The notes below the pieces were generated by a model. It was given only the letters and a program-made list of their open reading frames with translations. It was not told the DNA's origin and made no database searches. 53,413 nucleotides of DNA from contig CAMTYL010000003.1 of NCBI GenBank assembly GCA_947085985.1, positions 81,826-135,238 of the forward strand, in the 5' to 3' direction. This document shows positions 26,296-36,484 of the stretch, piece by piece (position 1 is the stretch's first letter; every line of letters starts with the position of its first letter). Source of the DNA: an uncultured bacterium (GTDB lineage Bacteria > Patescibacteriota > Minisyncoccia > Phycocordibacterales > Phycocordibacteraceae). Position numbers and translations under genes: made by a program.

Positions 26296-28026
26296 ATGCG
26301 AAGGGAGATACGAGGGAAGCTCCGCATCATATCACTCGGGTTGTTTGTGGTCGCGTCATTTCTTATGGTGCGCCTCTATTTTGTACAGGTGGTGAATGGA
26401 GCAGAGTACAGTCTGCGCGCAGAGCGTCAGTACATTTCTTCAAGTCAGCAGTTGTATGATCGAGGCTCAATTTTCTTCACACGTAAAGACGGCACGCTTC
26501 TCTCCGCAGCGGGACTTGGTACTGGCTTCACCATTGCCATAAATCCAACGCTCATTGAGAATCCAGACCAGACGTACGAAAAGCTTAGTGCATTCCTCAC
26601 CGTAGACAAGGACGCATTCATCGCTCAGGCAAGTAAAGAGGGGGACCCGTACGAAGTGGTAAAGCGTAGGGTAGATGAGCAATTGGGTCGCTCCATTGAG
26701 GCGGCCAAAATTACCGGGGTGCAGGTGGAGCGAGAGCGTTGGCGCACCTATCCGGCCGGCAGTGGTGCCGCACAAAGCATCGGGTTCGTAGCGTATGGCG
26801 CAGAGGATGATGGAAAAGTGCGAGGTCGCACTGGACTCGAGCGATACTACGAAGAAGTCCTCAACAGGAAGGAGAATGGACTTTTTGGAAACTTCTTCGC
26901 TGAACTGTTTGCAAACCTAGACAGTGTGGTGGTAGACGCGTCGGTGGCCAGAGAGGCAGACATCGTCACGTCTATTGATCCGGTGGTGCAGGAAAAGGTG
27001 AGTCAAGTCGTACGCGACATTAATACGCGCTACGGCAGTATTGAAACCGGAGTGATTATTATGGACCCGAAAACAGGGGAGATAGTGGCACTGGACACAT
27101 ACCCAACGTTTGACGCTGGTGATTTTAGAAATGGGAACCCAGATCATTTCGGCAATCCACTGGTAGAGCACCGGTATGAGTTCGGCTCTATTGTGAAGGC
27201 GCTCACTATAGCAGCGGGTCTTGATTCAGGGGTGGTGACACCAGACACCACCTACAACGACACAGGCTGCTTCACCGTGAACACCAAGCCAATTTGTAAT
27301 CACGACTTGAAGGCACGCGGCGTCGTGCCCATGCAGGAAGTACTTTCGCAGTCGCTCAACGTTGGCGCGTCCTATGTTGCGCTAAAGGTTGGTCACGATA
27401 AATTCCGGACATATTTTAGAAATCTGGGCATGGGGGAGGAGACAGGCATTGACCTCCCGAGCGAAATTGCAGGAGACATTCATAATATTGAGACAAGTCC
27501 TCGTGACGTGGAATACGCAACTGCGTCTTTTGGTCAGGGTATTGCACAGACGCCCGTACAGATGATTAAGGCACTCGGCGCGCTCGCAAACGAAGGACAG
27601 GTGGTCACCCCGCACTTGGTGGTTGCTAAGCGATTTGATACGGGTGTGCGCAAGGAGCTTGCATGGGGAGACCCTGAGCGCGTGTTTAGTAAGGACGCAA
27701 CCGAGAAGACCACGCGCATGCTGGTGAAGGTGGTGGATACAAAACTTGCTGAGGGTAAACTTAAAATCCCCGAGATGAGTGTGGCTGCTAAGACGGGTAC
27801 GGCCCAGATTGCAGCCGCTGGAGGTAAGTACTCCAAGAGCCTGTATTTCCACTCGTTCTTTGGGTACTTCCCAGCATACGAACCGAGGTATATCATTCTC
27901 CTCTACACCAGGCAGCCGCAGGGGGTCCAGTATGCCTCGGAAACCTTGACGCATCCGTTCATGGACTTGACCCACTTCCTGATTAACTACTACGCCATAC
28001 CGCCCGATAGAGCCCCCGTCTCGTAA
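26296..28026 (+). CDS. ftsI: Penicillin-binding protein FtsI/PBP3
   Basis: RGSIF, FGSIVK, SLN and KTGTAQ motifs; dcw position. Confidence 0.88.
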   Translation: MRREIRGKLRIISLGLFVVASFLMVRLYFVQVVNGAEYSLRAERQYISSSQQLYDRGSIFFTRKDGTLLSAAGLGTGFTIAINPTLIENPDQTYEKLSAFLTVDKDAFIAQASKEGDPYEVVKRRVDEQLGRSIEAAKITGVQVERERWRTYPAGSGAAQSIGFVAYGAEDDGKVRGRTGLERYYEEVLNRKENGLFGNFFAELFANLDSVVVDASVAREADIVTSIDPVVQEKVSQVVRDINTRYGSIETGVIIMDPKTGEIVALDTYPTFDAGDFRNGNPDHFGNPLVEHRYEFGSIVKALTIAAGLDSGVVTPDTTYNDTGCFTVNTKPICNHDLKARGVVPMQEVLSQSLNVGASYVALKVGHDKFRTYFRNLGMGEETGIDLPSEIAGDIHNIETSPRDVEYATASFGQGIAQTPVQMIKALGALANEGQVVTPHLVVAKRFDTGVRKELAWGDPERVFSKDATEKTTRMLVKVVDTKLAEGKLKIPEMSVAAKTGTAQIAAAGGKYSKSLYFHSFFGYFPAYEPRYIILLYTRQPQGVQYASETLTHPFMDLTHFLINYYAIPPDRAPVS

Positions 28027-28039
28027 CCATTCCCCGCGT

Positions 28040-29308
28040 ATGAAAACATTCTTCAAACTCCTCGTCGCCTCTTTCCTCGCAGTACTTGCACGCCTGATTA
28101 TCGCCAAGTACAAGCCGATTGTGGTGATGATTACGGGGAGTGTGGGGAAGACGTCTACCAAGGACGCAGTAGCCGCTGCACTTTCGGAGCGCTACTATTT
28201 GCGCGCAAGTGAGAAAAGTTACAACAGTGAGTTTGGCGTTCCGCTCACTATCATTGGTGCAAAGAATCCGTGGGAAAACCCCAGTGCGTGGCTTCGTGTG
28301 ATTCAAGAAGCGCTTGCACTCATTTTGCTTCCCAGTCACTATCCGCAATTGCTGGTGCTTGAAGTGGGAGCAGACAGTCCCGGTGACTTGGCGCGCATTT
28401 TGGCAATGTGCACCCCAGACGCCGTGGTGGTCACAATGCTGCCCGAGATTCCAGTACATGTGGAAGCGTATGCGAGTCCCCAAGCCGTGCGAGACGAAGA
28501 GTTCCAGCCAGCGTACGCATTGCCTGCTGGCTGTCCGCTTATCATTTCAGCGGACGACGTGCATGCGCGCAAAATGGCTGCGCGCCTCTCGGCAAATGTT
28601 GTCACGGTAGGATACGCAGAGGACGCCAACCTGCGCATCACTGACCCTGTGTTTACGCCAAAGGGAATGAAGGCAACGGTGCACACCTGCGGTAAAACGT
28701 ACGAGATAGTAGCAAAACAGGCACTTGGGCGCACCCAGCTCTACGCTCCCTGTATGGCCCTTTCACTTTCTGGCATGCTCCACATGACCACCGACGAGGC
28801 ACTCAAGGGTCTTGAAAGCTACGTGCCTCCGGCAGGACGTGCTCGTGTTCTTTCTGGGTTGCATGGGTCCGTACTCATTGACGACTCCTATAACGCGTCT
28901 CCGGCGGCGGTAGAGGAGGCCCTCCAGGGCATGTCGCTGGTTCCGGGTGCGAGGCGCATTGTGGCCATTGGCGACATGCTAGAGCTCGGTCGCTACTCCA
29001 TGGCAGAGCACGAGAGGATTGGTCGCTCGGTAGCAAAGCATGCGGACATGGTGGTTGCGGTGGGGGAGCGCTCGGTGGCACTACGCGAAGCAGCAATACA
29101 GGCAGGCATACAAGAAAAGGACGCACTCGGATTTGCAAACAGTAGGGAAGCCGCCACGGCTCTTAAGGAATTAATACGTGAGGGCGATGTGGTGCTCGTG
29201 AAGGGCTCGCAGAGTATCCGTATGGAGCGAGTGGTAGAGGCGCTTCTCGCGGACCCTGCAGACGCGAGACTTTTGGTACGACAGGATAGGGAGTGGAAGA
29301 GGAGGTAG
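28040..29308 (+). CDS. murF: UDP-MurNAc-tripeptide--D-Ala-D-Ala ligase
   Basis: ITGSVGKTSTK, IDDSYNASP, GDMLELG and VLVKGS motifs. Confidence 0.92.
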   Translation: MKTFFKLLVASFLAVLARLIIAKYKPIVVMITGSVGKTSTKDAVAAALSERYYLRASEKSYNSEFGVPLTIIGAKNPWENPSAWLRVIQEALALILLPSHYPQLLVLEVGADSPGDLARILAMCTPDAVVVTMLPEIPVHVEAYASPQAVRDEEFQPAYALPAGCPLIISADDVHARKMAARLSANVVTVGYAEDANLRITDPVFTPKGMKATVHTCGKTYEIVAKQALGRTQLYAPCMALSLSGMLHMTTDEALKGLESYVPPAGRARVLSGLHGSVLIDDSYNASPAAVEEALQGMSLVPGARRIVAIGDMLELGRYSMAEHERIGRSVAKHADMVVAVGERSVALREAAIQAGIQEKDALGFANSREAATALKELIREGDVVLVKGSQSIRMERVVEALLADPADARLLVRQDREWKRR

Positions 29309-29369
29309 GACTACAAACGCAAAGACACAGAAGTTCGCTTTCGGGCTGGCCGATTTCAATGCAAATTCA

Positions 29370-29549
29370 GACATCACGGGGAACCGGCGATTACGCCTCT
29401 CGGTCCTTACAGGACCTGTACACCTTGCGGATGATTTGTCGCAAAACTTCAAATCATGCTCGCAAGGTCTTCGATTCCCCGACGCAGCTTTCCCAAAGCC
29501 GCTTGAGGTCACAACGCAGAAAGCCCCTTGCGGGGCGTTTCTGGCGTTG
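29370..29549. repeat. tRNA-Glu 3' trailer with inverted and direct copies of the tRNA 3' end
   Basis: Inverted TTCGATTCCCCG (29470-29481) plus TGAGGTCACAACGC (29504-29517); direct GACATCACGGGGAACCG (29370-29386), 15/17 match to 29551-29567. Confidence 0.85.
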
Positions 29550-29621
29550 TGACCTCACGGGGAATCGAACCCCGATTTGATCCGTGAGAGGGATCTGTCC
29601 TAACCGTTAGACGATGAGGCC
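29550..29621 (-). tRNA. tRNA-Glu(CTC)
   Basis: GGCCTCATCGTCTAACGGTTAGGACAGATCCCTCTCACGGATCAAATCGGGGTTCGATTCCCCGTGAGGTCA cloverleaf. Confidence 0.95.
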
Positions 29622-29758
29622 GTGCATGTTTTATACCGTATAACCGCAAACTGCGCCAGAGGGATTGTGGGGGAATGTTGACTATATGTACAAAGTAGGT
29701 TATACTATATAGTACGTGCTTCGCTTCAATTCAGAGACAATCACAAAGGGGGTACTAG

Positions 29759-30100
29759 ATGGCTGTAAAGATTGAGGGCCGTCAGGCCCAAACGGAACTA
29801 GACCTTCGGGTCGCTGTCCGTATGTTTCATCCGGGCGAGTTGTTCCTCGTCCGATTCGCGGTTGTTGCGGGTGTTCCGCACCTGGAGCAACTTGGCGACT
29901 TGGCGGAGGAGGGACAGCTTAAGATTCTTGAATGCCCCGGAAAGCCAGAACCAGTCCTCGGCGTCCTGGATTCTGGCACCTGGCGCGAGCCTCGTGCTCG
30001 CACTCGCCTGATCCAGATCGGCGCCACCTTCAACTGGGAGACATTCACCAAGCTCTTCCTGGACAAAAAGCTTATAGAGGCGATTACTCCATACGAGTAG
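29759..30100 (+). CDS. Hypothetical protein (orphan cassette)
   Basis: TTGACT-17-TATACT at 29678-29706; AAGGGGG SD; hairpins downstream. Confidence 0.75.
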   Translation: MAVKIEGRQAQTELDLRVAVRMFHPGELFLVRFAVVAGVPHLEQLGDLAEEGQLKILECPGKPEPVLGVLDSGTWREPRARTRLIQIGATFNWETFTKLFLDKKLIEAITPYE

Positions 30101-30207
30101 GTGGAGAATCGCCCAAACATCTGGGCCCTGTCGCGAAAGCGGCGGGGCCTTCACACTTTTCATAATGAAACGCGCCCCAACCATTTCTGGTCGGGGCGCC
30201 GTCTTGT

Positions 30208-30510
30208 TCAGGTGGGCAGCCTGCTGGCGTCAACGGAGATGCGCGCGTCTAGAAAGCCGTTGCCGTCAGTGTCGCACAGGAGCTCTAGCTCGGTGACTTT
30301 GCACCAGGGCGGGATAGGCTGGCCGTCACGAAGAGCAACGATGCAGGCGGCGAAGCCGTTTATTGCGCGCCCCTGAGCCTGGAACATGCTCGCTGAGAAA
30401 AGACTTTGGCGGCGCGGGAGTTCGTCCTCGGCTGCGGGAATCACAACGGCGAAGAACCCTCCCTCAAAACTGAACATGGTGCCGTAGGGTACGGCGGTGT
30501 CGTTGGACAT
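30208..30510 (-). CDS. Hypothetical protein (orphan cassette)
   Basis: AAGGAG SD; hairpin at about 30172-30200. Confidence 0.65.
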   Translation of the reverse strand: MSNDTAVPYGTMFSFEGGFFAVVIPAAEDELPRRQSLFSASMFQAQGRAINGFAACIVALRDGQPIPPWCKVTELELLCDTDGNGFLDARISVDASRLPT

Positions 30511-30551
30511 GGCGGTACTCCTTCTGACCGGTCCGAGCGCAGTCTAGCGTA

Positions 30552-31355
30552 TTAGAATTGTTTCAGCCAGAGGCCACCTAGTAGCTCAGGTCTGTAGACG
30601 CCAATACGAGTGCGATGTATGGAGGCAGCTACTGCGCAGGTACCGAGTGCCTCTCCAATACGCTCTGCAAGGGTGCGCATGTAGGTGCCCGTGCCGCAGG
30701 TGACAGTAATTCTTATGATGCAGTATTCGCGAGGCTCTGTGGCAGCAAACAGTTCGCTCCAGCTACTGCGTATCGCGTCTTGGCGGAAGTCCTGGCCCAA
30801 CCCTTTGCTCGGCTGCTCGTCGCGCGGCACGACACTGAGTGCTTTCTCTATATACGCTTGAATAGTTTCCGAGTCTTCGCTACGTATGCCGCGAAGAACA
30901 ATACGGTGAATGGTTTCTGGATGCGTGGGGGCAGTTACATTTGTTCCTGTAAGTGCGTGCATGAAGAGAGGCACCCCATTCACGGTCTTTGATGAAAAGA
31001 GAGGGTACGCATGTGAGCGCGTACCAAGCTGCTGGGCCAGCACACGTAGTACTTCTTTCTTGCTAGGCGGCGCAGACTGTCCGCACGAGCGCGGCATGCC
31101 AAGCAGGTCGCCTGTATCAGTGGCAAGATCAAGGAGCACACTCACCTCGTACTCTTTATCCAGTCCCGTGTATGCGTCCTTTCGCTTGCACTCCTCACCA
31201 AGGAGAACGAGGAGCTTGCCCGAGGCGAGCGGGTCCAACCGGCCGGCGTAGGTTGCAGGCACGTTCGCGTACTTTGGGTGCGCTTGTTTCCACAGCGTAA
31301 GTGCTTCAAGTGGTGTCTGGCCAATCTTCTTATCAACTACGATAAAGCGCTTCAT
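30552..31355 (-). CDS. truB: tRNA pseudouridine-55 synthase-like
   Basis: YAGRLDPLASGKLL, KEYEV, TDTGD and CGTGTYMRTL motifs. Confidence 0.85.
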   Translation of the reverse strand: MKRFIVVDKKIGQTPLEALTLWKQAHPKYANVPATYAGRLDPLASGKLLVLLGEECKRKDAYTGLDKEYEVSVLLDLATDTGDLLGMPRSCGQSAPPSKKEVLRVLAQQLGTRSHAYPLFSSKTVNGVPLFMHALTGTNVTAPTHPETIHRIVLRGIRSEDSETIQAYIEKALSVVPRDEQPSKGLGQDFRQDAIRSSWSELFAATEPREYCIIRITVTCGTGTYMRTLAERIGEALGTCAVAASIHRTRIGVYRPELLGGLWLKQF

Positions 31356-31431
31356 GGAGTGAGTGTAGCAAATAAAAATCTAGGGCCGACACGCGCTGCG
31401 TGCCGGCCCCGACTAAAGGCTGTGTGGCAGT

Positions 31432-31599
31432 CTAGCTGCCGTCGAGCTCGAGCGCGCGACCAAAGTGCTCGTCGCGCATGGCGTCGTACTGGTTGGCATC
31501 CTGCCAGTGGCCGTTTTGGCGACAGGCGTGCGCCTTGTCCTCCGCATCAGCGGCGGCAGCAAGGCTCGCTTCGAGCTCGTTATAGTTCTGCTCAGCCAA
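31432..31599 (-). CDS. 55-aa hypothetical microprotein (orphan cassette)
   Basis: GGGAG SD, TTG start, MAEQNYNELEASLAAAADAEDKAHACRQNGHWQ...; hairpin at 31381-31410; not in the ORF track. Confidence 0.6.
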   Translation of the reverse strand: MAEQNYNELEASLAAAADAEDKAHACRQNGHWQDANQYDAMRDEHFGRALELDGS

Positions 31600-31743
31600 G
31601 ATTCTCTCTCCCGTTCGTTTCCTGTCGCGCCCAAATAGCGCGACAAGTGCAAATCTAGCACAGTCCTGTAAAGAGGGCCAGTATGTAAATAGGAAAACCG
31701 CCGTGCGGAACGCGTTCTGCGTCCGAGGCGGTCTTGGTTTTCC

Positions 31744-32079
31744 TTAGGCTGCTCTTTGCGACCTAATGAGACGACAGTGTCGCTCGTCAACAACGCGCAG
31801 AACGAAACCACATTCGTTCTCGAGCGTTTCCTGGAGGTCGTACATCTCGAACCCGACTTCCACCTGGTTCCGGTTGTCTGCCATGCAGACAAACATGGTT
31901 CCTAGATAGTCGTCTTGCCGTTCGAAGGACTTCCCGCAGATGAGCGTGTCCGTCAGTAGTCGCTCAATTCCGGGGCGGACAGCGAGCCGTTGTAGCCCGT
32001 CGTCAGACGGGACAATGGCAATCGCAAACCCTTGTCGGTGCTGAGAATAGACGAGGTGCCCATGGTAGAAGGTGGTCAC
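31744..32079 (-). CDS. Hypothetical protein (orphan cassette)
   Basis: AGGAG SD before GTG; terminator at about 31691-31745. Confidence 0.65.
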   Translation of the reverse strand: MTTFYHGHLVYSQHRQGFAIAIVPSDDGLQRLAVRPGIERLLTDTLICGKSFERQDDYLGTMFVCMADNRNQVEVGFEMYDLQETLENECGFVLRVVDERHCRLIRSQRAA

Positions 32080-32173
32080 GGAATTACTCCTAGCTGTTTG
32101 AGTTGTACCCACTATCACTTAGAAAGGCCTAGCGCCCTTCTGACGCCAGTAGAACACAAAACAAAAATATTGG

Positions 32174-32632
32174 CTATGTAGCGACGCGCTCGTCAATGAC
32201 CGCCTTCACGTCGGGGCCGTCAGCGCGTCCTGCAAACTCCTTCATTAGCATGCCCATGAACTTACCTGCGCCCGCCTTATCAATGGGCCCCAGCTCAGCA
32301 ATTTTTGCGTCCACAATTGTTGCAATCTCCTCGCGTGACATGAGGGTAGGGAGGTAGGCGGCAATAACCGCGAGCTCGGCTATCTCGGGCTCTGCAAGCT
32401 CGGGCCTGCCTGCAGTAGTGAACTGTTCAATGGAGTCCTTGCGCTGATTTGCAGCTCGCTTCAATACCGCTAGTGCTTCTTCGTCGGTCAAGAATTCGTC
32501 TGGCTTTCGCTTCTTAGCAACCACCTCGTTGGTCATCATGGTGACGAGAGAGCGGACGGTGCGCAGTCGCACTTCGTCCTTTGCGCGCATTGCTTCAACT
32601 ATTGAAGCTTTGATGGATTGATGAATAGTCAT
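32174..32632 (-). CDS. GatB/YqeY domain protein
   Basis: EAMRAKDEVRL...QRKDSIEQF...EIAELAVIAAYLP. Confidence 0.92.
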   Translation of the reverse strand: MTIHQSIKASIVEAMRAKDEVRLRTVRSLVTMMTNEVVAKKRKPDEFLTDEEALAVLKRAANQRKDSIEQFTTAGRPELAEPEIAELAVIAAYLPTLMSREEIATIVDAKIAELGPIDKAGAGKFMGMLMKEFAGRADGPDVKAVIDERVAT

Positions 32633-32679
32633 ATGGGAAAAGAGTAGCATATCCCTTGCTATACTGTCCGTACGAATCT

Positions 32680-35331
32680 ATGAACGGCTTTTCTTGGCAC
32701 AGCACACATGTGGGCGAGGTTGGGCGCATGCTTTTGGTGGATTCCACTACGGGACTTTCTGAAGAGGAAGCGCTTATCCGCCACCAAAAGGGAGCTAACG
32801 CGCTCCCAAAGCCAAAGCCCACCCCTTGGTGGATGCTCGTGTTTCGCCAGCTCAAAAGCCCTATTGCATTTGTGCTCCTAGCAGCAGCCGCTACCACGGT
32901 GGCTATTTCTCATTTCACTGATGCGCTGGTGATTGCCGCAGCGTTGTTTGTGAACGTGATCATCGGAGTATTTCAGGAAGGGCGCGCCTCGCGCTCCTTT
33001 AGTGCACTTGCAAAAGGCGAGGCGGTGCGCGCAGTAGTACTTCGTAATGGTAAGCGTCAGGAAGTTGAATCTGAGACGGTTGTAACGGGAGACATCATCG
33101 TACTTAGTCCCGGCGTGAAGATTCCAGCGGACGCTCGCGTACTTGAGGCCAGCGGGCTTGAAGTGCAGGAAGCTGCTCTTACCGGAGAGTGGGTCCCCAC
33201 AGAGAAGACGGTGGAGCCAGTTGCGGAGCACGCACCCCTTGCCGAGCGTACGTGCATGCTCTATGCCGGCACGCTTGTCACCAGCGGCTCTGGTACTGCC
33301 ATAGTGGTGGCTATTGGTAGTGGCACTGAGTTTGGCGCTATCGCAGACGAGTTGGCGCAGTCCCGCCACACCGAGACTCCGCTTCAGCGCGATATGAAGC
33401 AGGTATCGCGCATTCTTCTTTTGGTGATTGCCGCAGTCATCTTGATTATCGTAGGTCTTGCAATTATGCGCGGACTGCCGTTCTCCGATGTGCTGCTTAT
33501 GGCTATCGCGCTTGCGGTGGCATCAATTCCCGAAGGACTGCCGGCTGCAATCACGGTAGTGCTCGCACTTGGCATGGAGCGCATTCTAAAGAATGGCGGA
33601 CTAGTGCGAAGTCTTCTTGGGGCTGAGACGTTAGGAGCAACCAGCGTTATTTTGACGGACAAAACGGGCACGCTCACTGAGGGAAAAATGGAGGCGGTAG
33701 GATTCATTACGCTAGGCAAGACCACCGAGACCATTGAGGGGGACACAGCACGCCGTATGCTTCGCGCCGCCATTTTAGTATCAGACGGATTCACCGAAGA
33801 GGTAGACGCACCCTCCACGGGTTCCGACAGTATCGTGGTTCGTGGGCGCCCCATGGACCAGGCCATCATTCGCGCTGGGCTTGAGGCAGGGCTTGCAGAA
33901 ATGCATATGCGAAAAGAGGCACCACGCGTAAGTCAGCTTGCGTTCTCCTCGGTTCGCCGCTACGCGGGAGTAATCGTGCAGGAGGGGAAGAAGGCGAACA
34001 CGTATATAAGTGGCGCGCCCGAGGTATTCCTAGAACACGCAAAGTTTCCAAAGAATGAGCGCGAGTTTTACGAAGACGCGCTCGGGCGCGCAGCTATGGA
34101 AGGGAAGCGCGTGCTCGCGGTAGGTCGAGTACCAAGCACCAAAACAGCGTTCCCTCACGAATACGAGCTACCAAAGTTTATTCACGGAGTAGAGTTGTAT
34201 GGCTTCATCGTCTTCTCGGATGTTATTCGCAAGGACGCCGCGGAATCTATCGCTCACATTCAAAGCGCGGGCGCTCGCGTCATCATGCTCACGGGAGACA
34301 ACCCAGAGACGGCCAGGTGGTTTGCAAAGGAGGTAGGTATTGCACAGGAGGGAACGCGTGCGGTCACCGGAACAGAAATAGCGAATTTAAGCGATAGCGA
34401 CCTGTTGCTTTTGCTTCGCACCGAGCAAGTGTTTGCGCGCGTGTCGCCCTCTGACAAGTTACGCATTGCCCGTGTCCTGACTAATGCTGGTGAAGTGGTT
34501 GCCATGACGGGTGACGGCGTGAACGATGCGCCAGCACTTGAGGCCGCAGCCATTGGTGTTGCACTCGGTAGCGGAACCGATGTGGCAAAAGAAGCGGCTG
34601 ATATTGTTCTTTTGACCGACAGTTTTTCCGTGATTACGCGCGCGATAGAAGAGGGAAGGCGTCTGCGCGACAACGTAAAAAAGCTACTTGCGTACATGCT
34701 CGCCACAAACTTCAGCGAGCTCATGGTCATTAGTATTTCTCTTGGTGCTGGCTTGGCGCTTCCTATTCTTCCTACGCAGATTATGTGGGCAAACCTTATT
34801 CAGGGTGGGCTTATGAATGTCGCGCTCGCGTTTGAACCACTCTACCCGTCTGCTATGAAGCGCTCACCAAAGCACCCTGACGTCGCAAAAATTGTGTCAA
34901 AGGACTTGCTGAAGCTTATTGGATTGGTAGGACTTCTTAGTGGCGGACTTCTGCTCTTGCTTCAGGCAGTACTCCTGGCAAATCAAGTGCCCGAGGCAGA
35001 ACTGCGCACCGTCATGTTTGTGGCGCTTTCAATCGGCTCGGTGGCAGGCGCGTATTCTTTGAAGAGCTTTGGTACGCCACTGTGGAAACTCTCGCCTATG
35101 GGCAATCCGGTTCTGCTCATCTCACTTGGGGTGAGCGCGCTCATGCTCATGGTGGCGCTCTTTGTGCCGCCTGTTGCGGCAGTGATAAAGACGGTGCCAC
35201 TTTCATTTGCCGATTTGTCTCTGCTACTTCTGTTTGGAGTCGGAAATATTGCCGTTATTGAGTTTGCGAAGGAGGTGATCTTTATTGGCCCTGAGCGCCG
35301 CCGTGCGCGAGGCAAGGCCCGCAAGGCATAA
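32680..35331 (+). CDS. Cation-transporting P-type ATPase (type II, Ca2+-like)
   Basis: LTGE, IPEGLP, DKTGTLT, TGDN and MTGDGVND motifs. Confidence 0.93.
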   Translation: MNGFSWHSTHVGEVGRMLLVDSTTGLSEEEALIRHQKGANALPKPKPTPWWMLVFRQLKSPIAFVLLAAAATTVAISHFTDALVIAAALFVNVIIGVFQEGRASRSFSALAKGEAVRAVVLRNGKRQEVESETVVTGDIIVLSPGVKIPADARVLEASGLEVQEAALTGEWVPTEKTVEPVAEHAPLAERTCMLYAGTLVTSGSGTAIVVAIGSGTEFGAIADELAQSRHTETPLQRDMKQVSRILLLVIAAVILIIVGLAIMRGLPFSDVLLMAIALAVASIPEGLPAAITVVLALGMERILKNGGLVRSLLGAETLGATSVILTDKTGTLTEGKMEAVGFITLGKTTETIEGDTARRMLRAAILVSDGFTEEVDAPSTGSDSIVVRGRPMDQAIIRAGLEAGLAEMHMRKEAPRVSQLAFSSVRRYAGVIVQEGKKANTYISGAPEVFLEHAKFPKNEREFYEDALGRAAMEGKRVLAVGRVPSTKTAFPHEYELPKFIHGVELYGFIVFSDVIRKDAAESIAHIQSAGARVIMLTGDNPETARWFAKEVGIAQEGTRAVTGTEIANLSDSDLLLLLRTEQVFARVSPSDKLRIARVLTNAGEVVAMTGDGVNDAPALEAAAIGVALGSGTDVAKEAADIVLLTDSFSVITRAIEEGRRLRDNVKKLLAYMLATNFSELMVISISLGAGLALPILPTQIMWANLIQGGLMNVALAFEPLYPSAMKRSPKHPDVAKIVSKDLLKLIGLVGLLSGGLLLLLQAVLLANQVPEAELRTVMFVALSIGSVAGAYSLKSFGTPLWKLSPMGNPVLLISLGVSALMLMVALFVPPVAAVIKTVPLSFADLSLLLLFGVGNIAVIEFAKEVIFIGPERRRARGKARKA

Positions 35332-35338
35332 TCAGACC

Positions 35339-36391
35339 ATGGACCCGCTTGTCATTGGCCTTATCGTACTGGCACTCTTTTTCCTGCAGGGGGTGGGGCT
35401 GTACCTGTTGCTTCGCCGCAAGGAGCAGTCTAGGGAGGAAGACAAGACAGCGCCCCTTATGTTGCAGCGCTTGGAAAGTCTTGAGCGCTCGCTAGACTCG
35501 CGCATGGCGGAGAGCTCTCGCCAGATGCATGACACCATGCGCAGTCAGCTTGGAGAATCGTCTCGCCTCATTAAGGAAATTACCGAGGAGATAACCAGCG
35601 TGAAGGAAATTGGACGCGAGACAGGGAAGTTTGCGGAGCAGCTGAAGAACCTGCAGGACATTCTTAAAAATCCAAAGCAACGCGGAATCTTGGGTGAGTA
35701 CTACCTTGAGACGGTGCTAAAAAATGTGCTGCCACCCGGCATGTTCCAAATGCAGTACCCATTCCCAAACGGCGAGATTGTAGACGCGGTGGTGTTTATT
35801 GATAAGAAAATTGTGCCCATTGATTCCAAGTTCTCGCTTGATAACTACAATCGGTATATTCACGCAGAGGGTGCTGAGCGCATCGCGCTTGAGAAGGCAT
35901 TTGTAAACGACCTGAAACTTCGTATTCAGGAGACCGCAAAGTACATTCGTCCCGAGGAAGGAACTATGGACTTCGCGTTCATGTTTATTCCATCAGAAGG
36001 TATTTACTACGATCTGCTCACCAACCAGGTGGGAGCAGGGGAGGACGAAAACCTGATTCAGCGCGCAAGCGGAAAGTACAAAGTTATCATCGTCTCTCCT
36101 ACGTCGTTCCTAGCATACCTTCAGACGGTCATGCAGGGGCTCAAGGCGCTTCAAATAGAGCAAAAGGCACTGGATATCCAAAAGCGCGTAGGAGAGCTAG
36201 GCAAGCACGTGGGAGCCTACGAGGAGTACTACAAAAAGCTGGGGAATGCGCTTGGCACGGCTGTGTCCCACTACAATTCCGGCTATAAGGAGCTTGGAAA
36301 GATAGACAAGGACGTCTACCGCATCACCGAAGAGAAGGTGGGAATTGACTCGCTCCTTTTGGAGAAGCCAGGAGCAGGCATTGATGATTAG
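35339..36391 (+). CDS. rmuC: DNA recombination protein RmuC
   Basis: NPKQRGILGE, PIDSKF, KYI, DFAFMFIPSE and VSPTS motifs. Confidence 0.92.
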   Translation: MDPLVIGLIVLALFFLQGVGLYLLLRRKEQSREEDKTAPLMLQRLESLERSLDSRMAESSRQMHDTMRSQLGESSRLIKEITEEITSVKEIGRETGKFAEQLKNLQDILKNPKQRGILGEYYLETVLKNVLPPGMFQMQYPFPNGEIVDAVVFIDKKIVPIDSKFSLDNYNRYIHAEGAERIALEKAFVNDLKLRIQETAKYIRPEEGTMDFAFMFIPSEGIYYDLLTNQVGAGEDENLIQRASGKYKVIIVSPTSFLAYLQTVMQGLKALQIEQKALDIQKRVGELGKHVGAYEEYYKKLGNALGTAVSHYNSGYKELGKIDKDVYRITEEKVGIDSLLLEKPGAGIDD

Positions 36392-36484
36392 TTCTCGTGT
36401 CCTTTGGCACGTCTAGATGTGTCAGCTACTATAGAGAAAGGTGCTCATTAGGGTGCTACAACACTAGCCCGAGAGGAACACAAG

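Noticed and set aside
31413-31892. 159-aa ORF from the track
   Set aside because: Spans a terminator and overlaps two better-supported SD-led ORFs in other frames.
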